DNA of 63,366 nucleotides, counting the filler, from Octopus bimaculoides (lineage: Eukaryota), in NCBI RefSeq assembly GCF_001194135.2. It is 6 parts of 4 records of this genome, joined end to end, with 100 filler letters (N's around TTAATTAATTAA, not from the genome) between each part and the next. Parts side by side here need not be neighbours in the genome. Positions count along the whole stretch, not along the records: positions 28,815 to 42,989 come from NC_069000.1; positions 43,090 to 47,559 come from NC_068987.1; positions 47,660 to 61,676 come from NC_068985.1; 3 more parts are not named here. The stretch is one strand, 5' to 3'. Below the pieces are notes generated by a model, which was not told the origin of the DNA, ran no database searches, and saw nothing but the letters and a program-made list of their open reading frames with translations. This document shows, piece by piece, positions 39,486-52,149 of the stretch. Every line of letters starts with the position of its first letter. Position 1 is the stretch's first letter. Both the position numbers and the translations under genes were made by a program.

Positions 39486-39639
39486 ATGTCCGAACGTATC
39501 GACCGTCCAGATTTCGTCTCCCTCCTTGGCGCAGGGATCCGAAGAGTGCTACAGCCTATGAACCCGTGTCTTCGCCGTCCGGAAACATCTGATGACGTCA
39601 TATCAGATACTTCAACGATACTCAAACCGGAAGAGTTCG
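39486..39639 (+). CDS. candidate first coding exon of unidentified gene (MSERIDRPDFVSLLGAGIRR...LKPEEF)
   Basis: GC-rich open frame from ATG ending at a consensus donor G|GTAAGT (phase 1). Confidence 0.6.
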
Positions 39640-40172
39640 GTAAGTTTTTAATGAATGCAGTTATTAGTAATTTCTCTGAAACGTATTGAAAAACTTCAAT
39701 GGCTTTCCTCTCTCTCTCTCCCTCTCTCTCTGTTTGCACACACTCATACATAAACACACACACATATAAATATGTACATATGTGTGTGTGAGCGCGCGTA
39801 TATGAGTGTGTGATATTGATTTGTAGGTATGTACGTGAGCATGTATATATCTTGAGTGATAAAGTTGGAGTTCGATACCACATGGTAGAATAAGCCTCTA
39901 TAGGCCCAAACAATGTAGTAAGGGATACGAGACGTTGCTGCAAACTCGGCCGCAAATCAAACAATATTCACTTATGCTACTTTGATGAAATGGTGCTTCA
40001 ACGATTGCTATCTTCGTGTGCATATGTTTATCATATGTTTATCATATGTTTATCATATGTTTATCATATGTTTATCATGCATATATGATGATATATGTAT
40101 GTATGCATGTTTGAATGTGCACACACACACACACGCACTCACACACACACGCACTCACACACACACATATGT

Positions 40173-41757
40173 AATATTAAGAAAATGGAGAGATTTAATG
40201 GATACAAATTAATTAATTTATTTATTAACATTGCCTACAATTGTTTCAATGTATACTTAATACAAATTACAAACATATAGATTAAAATAAGTTTGTATTT
40301 TGAAGACTTATGACAAAATATCATTAGAGCAAAAGGACATTAAGGAAGCTACATGTTGATCGGTTGCGATACTCCAACAGACTAAGTAGATGAAGGTGTG
40401 TTTAGTTATTTGTGTGTATGTGTGTGTGTGTGAGTGTGCGAGCGTTAATAATTTTATTTAAATATAATAATAATAATAAAATAAAGTATATAAAAAGTAT
40501 AAAAATATAAAATATAAAAATAAAAATAAGTAAAAGTAAATAATGAATATTAATAAAAATAAAGATAAAAATATTCAAAGATAAAGGTATAGAGACAAAA
40601 ATGAAATAATAAAAAAAATAATAATAAAAGGTAATGATATAATAAAGAAATGAATACTAAAATAAATGAAATAAAATGAAAATAATATAAAATAAAAATA
40701 ACATATATGTGTGTAAGATAAACAATGAAAATAGCAATAATAAATATAAATAAAAAATAAAGTAAAATTTAAAATAAAAATAAAACCGTTATAAATATGG
40801 ATATCTATTGTCAATGTTAATTTATGTGTGTGTATGTATATTCATGTTAGTAAATATATGTGGGTAAGTTAGAAATAATAAATAATAAATAATAATAAAA
40901 TATAGTAAAAATTTAAATACAAACAAAAATAAGAACGAAACTGTTTTAGATATGGATGCTTGTTGTCTATGTTAATTTGTGTGTGTGCGTGTATGGGGGT
41001 GGGTGACTGTTTATTATCTAGGTTGTTTTATGTGTGTGTATGTGTGTATGCATGTAAGTAAAAAGCTAATGAAATCTAATCAGTTTATATATGCGTTTGT
41101 TAATAATTATTTGAAAATAAAAGTCAATCTTTATAGTCATTTATTACAATTAATAATTATATTTGTGTGTATATGTACATGTATGTATAACTGAAAGACA
41201 CGACAGAAAATGTTAATATTAGATCGACATCAATATATATATATAATCTTTCATTTAAGCTTATAATTTTTTATTATCCTCTTTTAACATCTCTATAAAT
41301 TTGCTGACGCTGGTATTATTAATTTTTTGTCTGTTTCTAAAGCAGTATTCATGGTTAGCAATTCTCCTTTTTATTGGATTTTCAGTTGATCCGATATAAT
41401 AGAATTTATTACCTTCTGATTCAACTATACACCTATATATTAGATTATACATACTAGATTATTTTATATACTTTATTTCATTATTATATTTAAATAAAAT
41501 TATTAACACACAAATAACTAAACATACCTTCATCTACTTAGTCTGTTGGAGTATCTCAACCGATCAACATGTGGCTTCCTTGATGTCCTTTCGCCTTGAT
41601 GATATTTTGCTCTAAATCTTCAAAATGCAAACTTACTTTATTCTATATGTTTGTAAGTTGTGTAGAGTGTAAATCGAAACAATTGTAGGGAATGTTAATA
41701 AATAAATAAATAAATAAATATATATCCATTAATCTCTCCATTTTCTTACTTAATAAT
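40173..41757 (-). mobile_element. PLE GIY-YIG fragment (41261-41452) between ~300-bp inverted repeats
   Basis: LIYRC...YYIGSTENPIKRRIANH; inverted arms at 40173-40500 and 41462-41757. Confidence 0.8.
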
Positions 41758-42415
41758 ATTTGATATTTATAATATAATTATTGAAGGGATACTTCTTAAC
41801 AATATAATATATTAAACCAGTGTAACTTGGATGGAACCATCCTTATAAGAGATTTATATATTATCGTCGTGAATATATATATATATATANNNNNNNNNNN
41901 NNNNNNNNNNNNNNNNNNNNNNNNNNNNNNNNNNNNNNNNNNNNNNNNNNNNNNNNNNNNNNNNNNNNNNNNNNNNNNNNNNNNNNNNNNNNNNNNNNNN
42001 NNNNNNNNNNNNNNNNNNNNNNNNNNNNNNNNNNNNNNNNNNNNNNNNNNNNNNNNNNNNNNNNNNNNNNNNNNNNNNNNNNNNNNNNNNNNNNNNNNNN
42101 NNNNNNNNNNNNNNNNNNNNNNNNNNNNNNNNNNNNNNNNNNNNNNNNNNNNNNNNNNNNNNNNNNNNNNNNNNNNNNNNNNNNNNNNNNNNNNNNNNNN
42201 NNNNNNNNNNNNNNNNNNNNNNNNNNNNNNNNNNNNNNNNNNNNNNTATATAATATGTATGTATATAATATAATATAGGAATAGATAGATATAGGTATAT
42301 GTGTCTTTTTGTGTGTATGTGTGTGCATTGGTGTATAGATATACGCATGCACTATATAAGTTTTCATTCATCCACAAAGGAATGGTGCTAAAGTTTGTCT
42401 TCTTTTCGATTTCAG

Positions 42416-42463
42416 AAACTTCTTCCGGGACGTCGCCAGTTTCTGATGTCTTTGTTGTTTATG
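42416..42463 (+). CDS. candidate 48-nt exon (ETSSGTSPVSDVFVVY)
   Basis: TCTTTTCGATTTCAG| ... G|GTAAGG; phase 1-1, in frame with exon 1. Confidence 0.6.
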
Positions 42464-42849
42464 GTAAGGAAAATAAGCATCCTTTCTAATGTAGAATTGC
42501 TCCCTTATCTTTTATTCTTCTGTAACATACAAGCATGTATACAGTTATGGGTCAATTGTAAATTCGTATGATCTGGTCACATGTATACATGTAGTATTCT
42601 TTTTCTAACTGTTCTGGGTGATTATGAAGTGGCTGTATGTCACTGAGAAATCCAAAGCACATACGTAACCCACACACAACACACCGCAAACATATCTATA
42701 CTCGTATATTTTTTTATGTCTCTCTCCCCCTCTCTCTATCTTTCTCTCTCCCCCTCTCCCTCTCTGTGTCTCAAACACACACTCACACAGACACACAAAT
42801 TCGCACACGCATGTTGATTTGGTATGACCGTTTCCTCGTATATTTGCAG

Positions 42850-42878
42850 ACCCACTCAACTCCTGCTCACTGGCGGAT
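42850..42878 (+). CDS. candidate 29-nt exon (DPLNSCSLAD); alternative donor at 42897 gives 48 nt
   Basis: TATTTGCAG acceptor; two GTAGGC donors 19 nt apart. Confidence 0.4.
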
Positions 42879-43558
42879 GTAGGCAGACTTCAACCGGGTA
42901 GGCTTCAATATACATTATTACAGTTATAATGATCTTTTAACTTCTCTCTAGAATCGTATATATATATATATATATCGCATGTATATATANNNNNNNNNNN
43001 NNNNNNNNNNNNNNNNNNNNNNNNNNNNNNNNNTTAATTAATTAANNNNNNNNNNNNNNNNNNNNNNNNNNNNNNNNNNNNNNNNNNNNTATATATATAT
43101 ATATGAGTATGTGCCTTTACTAGTATAAATAAACATAACTATTCATATTCATGCAATATTTCGTGGCCTTAGGGATTTTGATAAACGAATATACATCGAT
43201 TGTATGAAATAAACCTGCATAAGAATCTTTCTGAAATGTATTTCTGAAAACGATACCTCACATATATGTAGAAGTAGCATTATTGAATTAAATACGTACA
43301 TTTTGTCCTTTATGTGCTGGTAAACATCGAGTATGCGTGTGTAAATAATTGATGACGAATCAGCAACTAGAATCACGTAGGTACTCCAGCATTCCGTGCT
43401 GTTTTGTGCTAGCAATTCTTGCAACGGTACTTGTGTCAAAATGTATGAACCAACCTTTGTCCTTCTTCGGGAATATATGGATAACGGAAAGAGTTGGGGC
43501 ATGCTGCAATGCCTTGTTCAAAAACCCTCTTGAAGCGGCATTTTATCCCTTCTCTTAG

Positions 43559-43582
43559 ATATGTAACAGCAAAGGGAAAAAA
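43559..43582 (+). CDS. candidate 24-nt micro-exon (ICNSKGKK in phase 0)
   Basis: TTTTATCCCTTCTCTTAG| ... |GTAAGT. Confidence 0.5.
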
Positions 43583-44112
43583 GTAAGTAAGAAAGTAAGA
43601 AAGTACGTATTTCAATCTGTAGAGTCATGTACGTCTAAAACGTTCAAATATGAAACCTTATATAATTTCTCATTTCTGTTGATGAAAAGTTATGGAAATA
43701 TTCTGATTCGCTTTCATATACACGTATGCATTACATTAATTGTTATATATCTTTGAATAGTTGTAAAGCATTTCATAATTTAGATATTTCTGTACTGGAG
43801 TTGTATCACAACTAATACAACTTTTGTTGGTTTCGCTTTAAAAATTTATTCTTTGATTGTGTGCATGCTCTTTGCCTATGATTCGCTATTAAGATATATC
43901 CAAACAGACGCAATTGAATGATTGAGTTCACTAACCTTTAATATTAAGACATTTCTTTATGAAAGATACTTTAAATAATAAATGGATGCGATATGTTCGA
44001 TATAATGCCATATGAAATTACAGCAGCTTATATCCATTTACTATTATGTATTTCTTGCTTGAAATTATTTGATTTCAAATAGAATATCTTTATGTGGTAT
44101 AATAATAATAGA

Positions 44113-44347
44113 TTCAAATTTTGGTTCCAGGCCAGCAATTTCAGGGGAGTGGAGAAGTCGAAAACATCAATGCCAGTGTTCAACTGGCACTTGTTTTATT
44201 GACCGCAAAAGGATGAAAAGCAAAGTCAACCTCGGTGGAATTTGAACACAGATAGTATAGACGGACAAAATGCTGCTAAGCATTTTCCCCCGCGTGTTAA
44301 CGATTCTGCTAGCTCACAGCCTTAATGATGATGATGATGATGATGAC

Positions 44348-44387
<40 letters not shown>

Positions 44388-44614
44388 TTAATAATAATAT
44401 TCCTTTCTACTATAGGCACAAATCCTGCAATTTAACGGGAGGTGCCAGTCAATTAGACTGACTCCAGTACATAACTGGTACCTTATTTATCGACCCCGAA
44501 ATGATGAAAAGCAAAGTCGATCCCGGAGGAATTTGAACTCAGAACGTAGCGGCAGACGAAATAGAGCTAAGCATTTCGCCCGTCTTGCTAATGATTCTGC
44601 CAGGTCACTGCCTT
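44113..44614 (-). mobile_element. two tandem Meta/MESC-domain SINEs separated by (GAT)n
   Basis: GGATGAAAAGCAAAGTC...GGAATTTGAAC(A/T)CAGA in both copies. Confidence 0.85.
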
Positions 44615-44633
44615 ATCAATAATAATAATAATG

Positions 44634-44740
<107 letters not shown>

Positions 44741-45038
44741 NNNNNNNNNNNNNNNNNNNNNNNNNNNNNNNNNNNNNNNNNNNNNNNNNNNNNNNNNNNN
44801 NNNNNNNNNNNNNNNNNNNNNNNNNNNNNNNNNNNNNNNNNNNNNNNNNNNNNNNNNNNNNNNNNNNNNNNNNNNNNNNNNNNNNNNNNNNNNNNNNNNN
44901 NNNNNNNNNNNNNNNNNNNNNNNNNNNNNNNNNNNNNNNNNNNNNNNNNNNNNNNNNNNNNNNNNNNNNNNNNNNNNNNNNNNNNNNNNNNNNNNNNNNN
45001 NNNNNNNNNNNNNNNNNNNNNNNNNNNNNNNNNNNNNN

Positions 45039-45279
45039 AGTCGGTGCCTTAGGTATAATAAAAAATATTCAGACAAATACATAACAAAAATACCAAGACT
45101 TACGAATATATATAACATACAGAAAATTGCACTACTGGGTACTGCACACATTCTACGCAAAACACTTTCAATACAGTAAACATAAGAGCACCACAGCAAA
45201 CCACAGCACATACCCAAAGCGCACAGAGCTGCGCTCGGTAGTGAAGTGAAAGCACGTTATAAAAATAAAACTACTGAAC

Positions 45280-45338
<59 letters not shown>
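45039..45338 (+). mobile_element. R4/Dong-like LINE 3' end with (AAT)n tail
   Basis: NIYNIQKIALLGTAHILRKTLSIQ*, then 3' UTR and (AAT)n from 45280. Confidence 0.85.
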
Positions 45339-45339
<1 letters not shown>

Positions 45340-45650
45340 GCGACTCAGTGGTTGAAACGTCGGGCTCGCAATCATGACGTAGTAAGTTCGGTTCCCGAAC
45401 CGGACTGAGCTGTGTGTTGTGTTCTTGGGCAAGACATTTTATTTCAAGTTGCTCCATTTCACCCAGCTGTAGAAATGAGTTATGACTTCACTGGTGCCAC
45501 TTTGTTCTGGCCTTTGGTCTTCCTTCGAATAATAGAGGTAGACAGGTCAGTACTGGTCTTCCATAAATATCCTTGTCCGGACTTGTGCCTCGGGGTGTAA
45601 CTTTCTAGGTACTATTCCATAGCCATTCATGACCGAAGGGGTTCTTTACC
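45339..45650 (+). mobile_element. tRNA-derived SINE with CORE-like middle and a different tail (type D)
   Basis: GACTCAGTGG...GTTCGGTTCCC head; TTGGGCAAGACA...CACCCAGCTGTAGAAATGAG core. Confidence 0.75.
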
Positions 45651-45699
45651 AAATAATAATAATATTAACATCATTATTGCCATTATAATTATCATTTCA

Positions 45700-46330
45700 T
45701 TTACTCAAAACGTATTAAATTGTTGGAAAATATTCCGAACATCAGGCTACCACAATTAACCTTAGATACCAAGAAACTTCATATGTATTGTAACTGTCGT
45801 TCTACAATTCTCTGGAACTGCTCTAAGCTATATTTTATTCCTCCTTCCTCTATCCATCTGTTCAAATCATTAGGTATAGTTTCTGATACACCTATGATTA
45901 CATTGATACGTATTTTCAGTACTTACCATAGCTTCTGAATCTCAAAGGCTAGACTCTGGTACTTTGCTATTTTCTCCATACCAGTCATATTGATTTTCTC
46001 AACATTTCGGTCCGTAAAGTCAGTTACGTGGCACCTTCTATTCTCTTGGCCCAATACTACTAAATCAGGCCTTCTAGCTTCTATTACTCTGTCAGATTGA
46101 TTATTAAACTCCCACAAACTTTATTCTTCTTGCTTTACAGAACTTTACTACATATATATTTATACCAGTTATCAGAATGTTTAAATCCTAACTTTCTACA
46201 TAACTCTTAGTGGATTATTCTCCCTAGTTTGTCATGTCTTTTGTTGCTTTCGTCTGTGCCATCATGCTTCATTCACTTACTATGTAAGTAACAATTTCCT
46301 CTTTTCCTTTACATAACTTACATTAGTAAT
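45700..46330 (-). mobile_element. second RLE-type LINE endonuclease fragment
   Basis: WEF...DRVIEARRPDLVV...EKIAKYQSLAFEIQKLW. Confidence 0.8.
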
Positions 46331-47721
46331 GTATCTAATTTTTTTCTCTATCTTAACGTTTACCGAATTAGTCCACAATACCGGATTTCATACTGTTAAC
46401 AACACATTTTCTGTGTCCCTTTTCAGACATCATTTCTGCAAGGAGTATATATGCATGTGTTTGTGCCTATTTGTGTGTGTGTGTGTACTTGTGTGTGTAT
46501 GAGTGTGTGTATTGGTCGAGCGAATGTGGGACAAAAGAGACACACAAACAAAAGTAGGCGTAATAAGTGTATTTATATAGAAGGTTATGTTCCAACAAAA
46601 AAAAAATAAAGAAAAATGCCTTCTTCCGTTCCCACCAAAGCACAACTCTTTNNNNNNNNNNNNNNNNNNNNNNNNNNNNNNNNNNNNNNNNNNNNNNNNN
46701 NNNNNNNNNNNNNNNNNNNNNNNNNNNNNNNNNNNNNNNNNNNNNNNNNNNNNNNNNNNNNNNNNNNNNNNNNNNNNNNNNNNNNNNNNNNNNNNNAAAA
46801 AAAATAAAGAAAAATGCCTTCTTCCGTTCCCACCAAAGCACAACTCTTTCTTGTCTGCCTCTCATTGTACTTTTCACACAAAAATACATTTTGCAGATAA
46901 TATAGCCTATTCTCTGAGGGTGAAATTTCAAAGAACGTTAGAGAGAATTGGGTTGAGTTAAAAAAATATAGCTGTATAGAAGTATCTGCATAAAATACAT
47001 TAAAGACAGGAATGTAACTAAAGGACTGTCCAACCACTGATAAGCATATGCTTCCCACAATACAGCTATTATTTATGAGAAAAAATAAAATCAATAATAT
47101 AAAACCTACTAAATTTACCCACGTAAATGCGATTCTACATACCCCGCCATAACTCAAATTTAAGAAAGAAACACTAGGATGTATTTTGCTGCAGAAATAT
47201 TCGAAGATAGAACTATTCGAAATCTCAATAAACATGCTTATCAAATCGTTTAAATATTATGCTACAAAAGAACAAATAACTACAGATATTACTGAAATTG
47301 TCTATACATGGTTAGCATAGAATCTGCTGAAATCTAAGAAAGTACATCATATACATTCCTTCATATACAGAAACAAAACACATACACAATAAAGAAATCT
47401 CTACACTTTCTATAGACTAATGGGTGTATCGCAAAAGAATATAGTTAGAACTTAATAGCTGCATAGTATTTGGACTCCAGGGAAGACAACAACAACACAA
47501 CTGTGATTCCGGCATAGCGAAATACATCAATCGTTTACATGCCCCCACTATATGGATATNNNNNNNNNNNNNNNNNNNNNNNNNNNNNNNNNNNNNNNNN
47601 NNNTTAATTAATTAANNNNNNNNNNNNNNNNNNNNNNNNNNNNNNNNNNNNNNNNNNNNACATACGCACACACACGTTCTGTTATCACACACACACTCGC
47701 AGACTCTCGCACACGCACAGA

Positions 47722-47985
47722 TATTCATCTCCCTTTTTCACTCTCCTGTCTTAGAAAAACTTTTCCCCCACCACCTCCTCTTCCGGTCTTTTCACAATGT
47801 AACCTCGTGGGCATCGGTACCATTTTCCTCTTTCTCCGTTCTTCCATTCTCCGAACTTTCCATCTTTCCGACGAAGGGCTACGCCCGAAACGTCATACAC
47901 TCTCTCTTTCCTTTCCTGAGCGTCCAATAACACTATCCATATCACGTCCTCACTTTGTTGTTTTTTTGTTATTGTTTTTTTGAAC
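47722..47985 (+). mobile_element. PLE-type terminal-repeat element with hammerhead-like motif
   Basis: Shares TTCCTGAGCGTC...GTCCTC...TGTTGTTTTTT 3' part with the 51011-51203 element; ends at (TA)n. Confidence 0.6.
47863..47899 (+). ncRNA. candidate minimal hammerhead (U4C core; stem I decayed)
   Basis: UCUUU-CCGACGA-A-GGGC-UAC-GCCC-GAAA-C-GU-C-AUACA. Confidence 0.45.
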
Positions 47986-48004
47986 CTATATATATATATA
48001 TATA

Positions 48005-48846
48005 TAATACAAAAAATATTTGAGTATATGCATATATACGTACATGTATGTACATGCCTTCATCTCCAGATGCATATCTGGGTACAGGACGTCACAAAAA
48101 AAAAAACGTGGACAAAAGTATTGCTTACGTTTTCTGTCCCACCAGGTCATGAAGAGACCGGCCACATCTCCAGTTACACAGACATCAATGGCAGCACCTT
48201 GAACTTGCATGTATAGTTTCTTGCTAAACTTTACCATGTGACTCTTCAATGTGGTTCTTACACAAGCCCCTATTGCATGTGCAAACATTCCTTTCACCTG
48301 ATTCTTGTTCTCAGGGTCTTAGGTGGGTACGGTCCAGCCACTCTATCGCTCTGCGGTGCTTTTCTTCACTGCTGAGGTGATGGTGAGTGGTCTTCCCCTC
48401 TGCGACCTTGTAGGGCAAAATCTACTGAGGTTATGGTCGTCTAAACAGTCATTGCTGTAGCTTTGTCTAAGGAGGAGGCCCAGTTTCTTGTGTTGATTTC
48501 CCGGAACTCTACTTCACTCTCACGGGTTATCTCAATGCATTTCTCCACAGCTAAATCAATGTCTATAGATGGATAGAGTAAAATAAATAAGATGGGTAAA
48601 GTAAAATAGATAAGTAAATGAGTGGAAATTTTACCGGTGAGTGTGTTAAATTACAAGGAACTAAAAGAGAATGACTCTCCCCCGTAATAAAAGTCCGTTT
48701 TATGTGCTTTGTTTATGTTCCCGTTCCTTTTTTGTCCACGTTATTCTGACGTCATGTAACCGGTTATGCATTTATATATACATGTAGATGTAGGCATGTA
48801 CATATATGTATGTATATATGCATATGCTCACATATCATTTGTATTA
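48005..48846 (-). mobile_element. PLE RT fragment between ~115-bp inverted repeats, (TA)n-flanked
   Basis: DIDLAVEKC; SHMVKFSKKLYMQVQGAAIDVCVTGDVAGLFMTWWD; arms at 48005-48118 and 48727-48846. Confidence 0.75.
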
Positions 48847-49922
48847 TATATATATATATATNNNNNNNNNNNNNNNNNNNNNNNNNNNNNNNNNNNNNNN
48901 NNNNNNNNNNNNNNNNNNNNNNNNNNNNNNNNNNNNNNNNNNNNNNNNNNNNNNNNNNNNNNNNNNNNNNNNNNNNNNNNNNNNNNNNNNNNNNNNNNNN
49001 NNNNNNNNNNNNNNNNNNNNNNNNNNNNNNNNNNNNNNNNNNNNNNNNNNNNNNNNNNNNNNNNNNNNNNNNNNNNNNNNNNNNNNNNNNNNNNNNNNNN
49101 NNNNNNNNNNNNNNNNNNNNNNNNNNNNNNNNNNNNNNNNNNNNNNNNNNNNNNNNNNNNNNNNNNNNNNNNNNNNNNNNNNNNNNNNNNNNNNNNNNNN
49201 NNNNNNNNNNNNNNNNNNNNNNNNNNNNNNNNNNNNNNNNNNNNNNNNNNNNNNNNNNNNNNNNNNNNNNNNNNNNNNNNNNNNNNNNNNNNNNNNNNNN
49301 NNNNNNNNNNNNNNNNNNNNNNNNNNNNNNNNNNNNNNNNNNNNNNNNNNNNNNNNNNNNNNNNNNNNNNNNNNNNNNNNNNNNNNNNNNNNNNNNNNNN
49401 NNNNNNNNNNNNNNNNNNNNNNNNNNNNNNNNNNNNNNNNNNNNNNNNNNNNNNNNNNNNNNNNNNNNNNNNNNNNNNNNNNNNNNNNNNNNNNNNNNNN
49501 NNNNNNNNNNNNNNNNNNNNNNNNNNNNNNNNNNNNNNNNNNNNNTATATATATATATATGTATATACACATATGTGTCTGCACATAGTGACATATGCAG
49601 CATTTAGTGACATGTGTATACATGGATGTGTATATGTGTATGTATATATTAATATTTACACACATATGCATATACACACGTGGGGAGGCTTATGCAAATA
49701 TTTACATATTTGTACAAACACACACACACGCACTCTCTCTCTCTCGCACCCCCTCTATATATCTACACACATAAATATTTGAATATATGTGTGTGTGAGT
49801 GTGTGCGTGTACGTGCGTGAGTATACGTGTGTGTGCTCGAATGTATATATCGAGACAAATACACACAATTTATACACGTACATGCAAACTCACACGTACT
49901 CATACAACCATAAAGTTGTATG

Positions 49923-49955
<33 letters not shown>

Positions 49956-50694
49956 NNNNNNNNNNNNNNNNNNNNNNNNNNNNNNNNNNNNNNNNNNNNN
50001 NNNNNNNNNNNNNNNNNNNNNNNNNNNNNNNNNNNNNNNNNNNNNNNNNNNNNNNNNNNNNNNNNNNNNNNNNNNNNNNNNNNNNNNNNNNNNNNNNNNN
50101 NNNNNNNNNNNNNNNNNNNNNNNNNNNNNNNNNNNNNNNNNNNNNNNNNNNNNNNNNNNNNNNNNNNNNNNNNNNNNNNNNNNNNNNNNNNNNNNNNNNN
50201 NNNNNNNNNNNNNNNNNNNNNNNNNNNNNNNNNNNNNNNNNNNNNNNNNNNNNNNNNNNNNNNNNNNNNNNNNNNNNNNNNNNNNNNNNNNNNNNNNNNN
50301 NNNNNNNNNNNNNNNNNNNNNNNNNNNNNNNNNNNNNNNNNNNNNNNNNNNNNNNNNNNNNNNNNNNNNNNNNNNNNNNNNNNNNNNNNNNNNNNNNNNN
50401 NNNNNNNNNNNNNNNNNNNNNNNNNNNNNNNNNNNNNNNNNNNNNNNNNNNNNNNNNNNNNNNNNNNNNNNNNNNNNNNNNNNNNNNNNNNNNNNNNNNN
50501 NNNNNNNNNNNNNNNNNNNNNNNNNNNNNNNNNNNNNNNNNNNNNNNNNNNNNNNNNNNNNNNNNNNNNNNNNNNNNNNNNNNNNNNNNNNNNNNNNNNN
50601 NNNNNNNNNNNNNNNNNNNNNNNNNNNNNNNNNNNNNNNNNNNNNNNNNNNNNNNNNNNNNNNNNNNNNNNNNNNNNNNNNNNNNNNNNNNNNN

Positions 50695-50739
<45 letters not shown>

Positions 50740-50744
50740 ATTAT

Positions 50745-51347
50745 ACTTTTATCGTTTATTTGTTTCAGTCATTGGACTGCAGCCAAACTGGGGCATCAGT
50801 TCGAAGGGTTTAACTGATCGCAGTCTGTTACTATTTCTATAGGTTTCTTTTTGTCGGAACATTAACTTACGGGGACGCAAACAAACCAACACCGGCTGCG
50901 AAGCTGTGGAGTGGGCAAATACACAACACAAGACAGACATTTATATGTATGCGTCTGTGTGTGTCTCTCTTTGTTTCTCTCTCTCTCTCTGTATATATAT
51001 ATATATATATGGGAGAATGTACGAAAAAACAACAACAGACGAGGACAGGTGGTGTAAATAACAAAAGGATGTATTAGTATGACGCTCAGGAATACGGAAA
51101 GTCTTTGACGTTTCGAGCTACGCTCTTCAACAGAAAGAATACGGAGACAAGGAGAAAAACACGGAGAAAAAAAATTGAATAGTGTTCAGTCAACGGTCAA
51201 TCATAATATATATATNNNNNNNNNNNNNNNNNNNNNNNNNNNNNNNNNNNNNNNNNNNNNNNNNNNNNNNNNNNNNNNNNNNNNNNNNNNNNNNNNNNNN
51301 NNNNNNNNNNNNNNNNNNNNNNNNNNNNNNNNNNNNNNNNNNNNNNN

Positions 51348-51382
<35 letters not shown>

Positions 51383-51545
51383 AAATATATAAATATATAT
51401 ATGCGACGGGCTTCTTTCAGTTTCCTTCTGCCAAATCCACTCATAAGATCTTAGTTGTCTCAGGGCTATTGTAGAAGACACTTGTGCATAGTGTCGCATA
51501 GAGGAACTGAACCCAGGACAACATGGTTGGGAAGCAAGCATTTCG
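50745..51545 (-). mobile_element. SINE type A split by an insertion into its internal microsatellite
   Basis: Tail at 50745-50945 and head at 51403-51545, with a foreign element at 51011-51203 between them. Confidence 0.75.
51102..51138 (-). ncRNA. candidate minimal type I hammerhead (A6U core variant)
   Basis: UCUUU-CUGUUGA-A-GAGC-GUA-GCUC-GAAA-C-GU-C-AAAGA; perfect stems I and II. Confidence 0.6.
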
Positions 51546-52053
51546 ATCACACAAACAAATGGGACATCGAAACAATTAACGGAAAAAGTCTCAAAGGTAA
51601 ATAAGCAAGAAAATCCCCTCCCCCAATCGGCCATCGAAATCAGAATCATCATAGTTTCAATATGTTTAAAATCTAAAAACTTTAGATTCCTTCGTACTGT
51701 TTATTTGATTGCGCAGTGGTATAGGATATGTTACTGAAATGATAGAAAAACAAGCGCTAAAATTGAATTTCTATTTATTAATTTATTAAATTTCAGGCGT
51801 GAAAATGCTTATTTTACCACAGAAATAATTAAAATCTCAAAAAAATATAAATACTTATCAACCACACAAACCTGCGATATAAATTTCATATATATTAGCT
51901 AGAAAAATCCGCAATTGACTGAGGGCACGATAGGTGAACTGCAATATGGCGAGGGATCATTGTATACGATTTTGTTTATAAACGAATGCAAGTCTCTTCA
52001 GTAAGTGTCTATTTGATTAGTATAACTCTCAGTCCCAAAGTTGGGTGCTATCA

Positions 52054-52121
<68 letters not shown>

Positions 52122-52149
52122 GTATGTCTGTCTTTATAACTTTCGCATT

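Noticed and set aside
43149-43502. 117-aa minus-strand ORF
   Set aside because: No recognisable motif or splice signals; consistent with a chance ORF
46897-46951. Alternative plus-strand exon DNIAYSLR(VKFQRTLERIG)
   Set aside because: Only weak donors (GTGAAA, GTTGAG); not needed for an open chain
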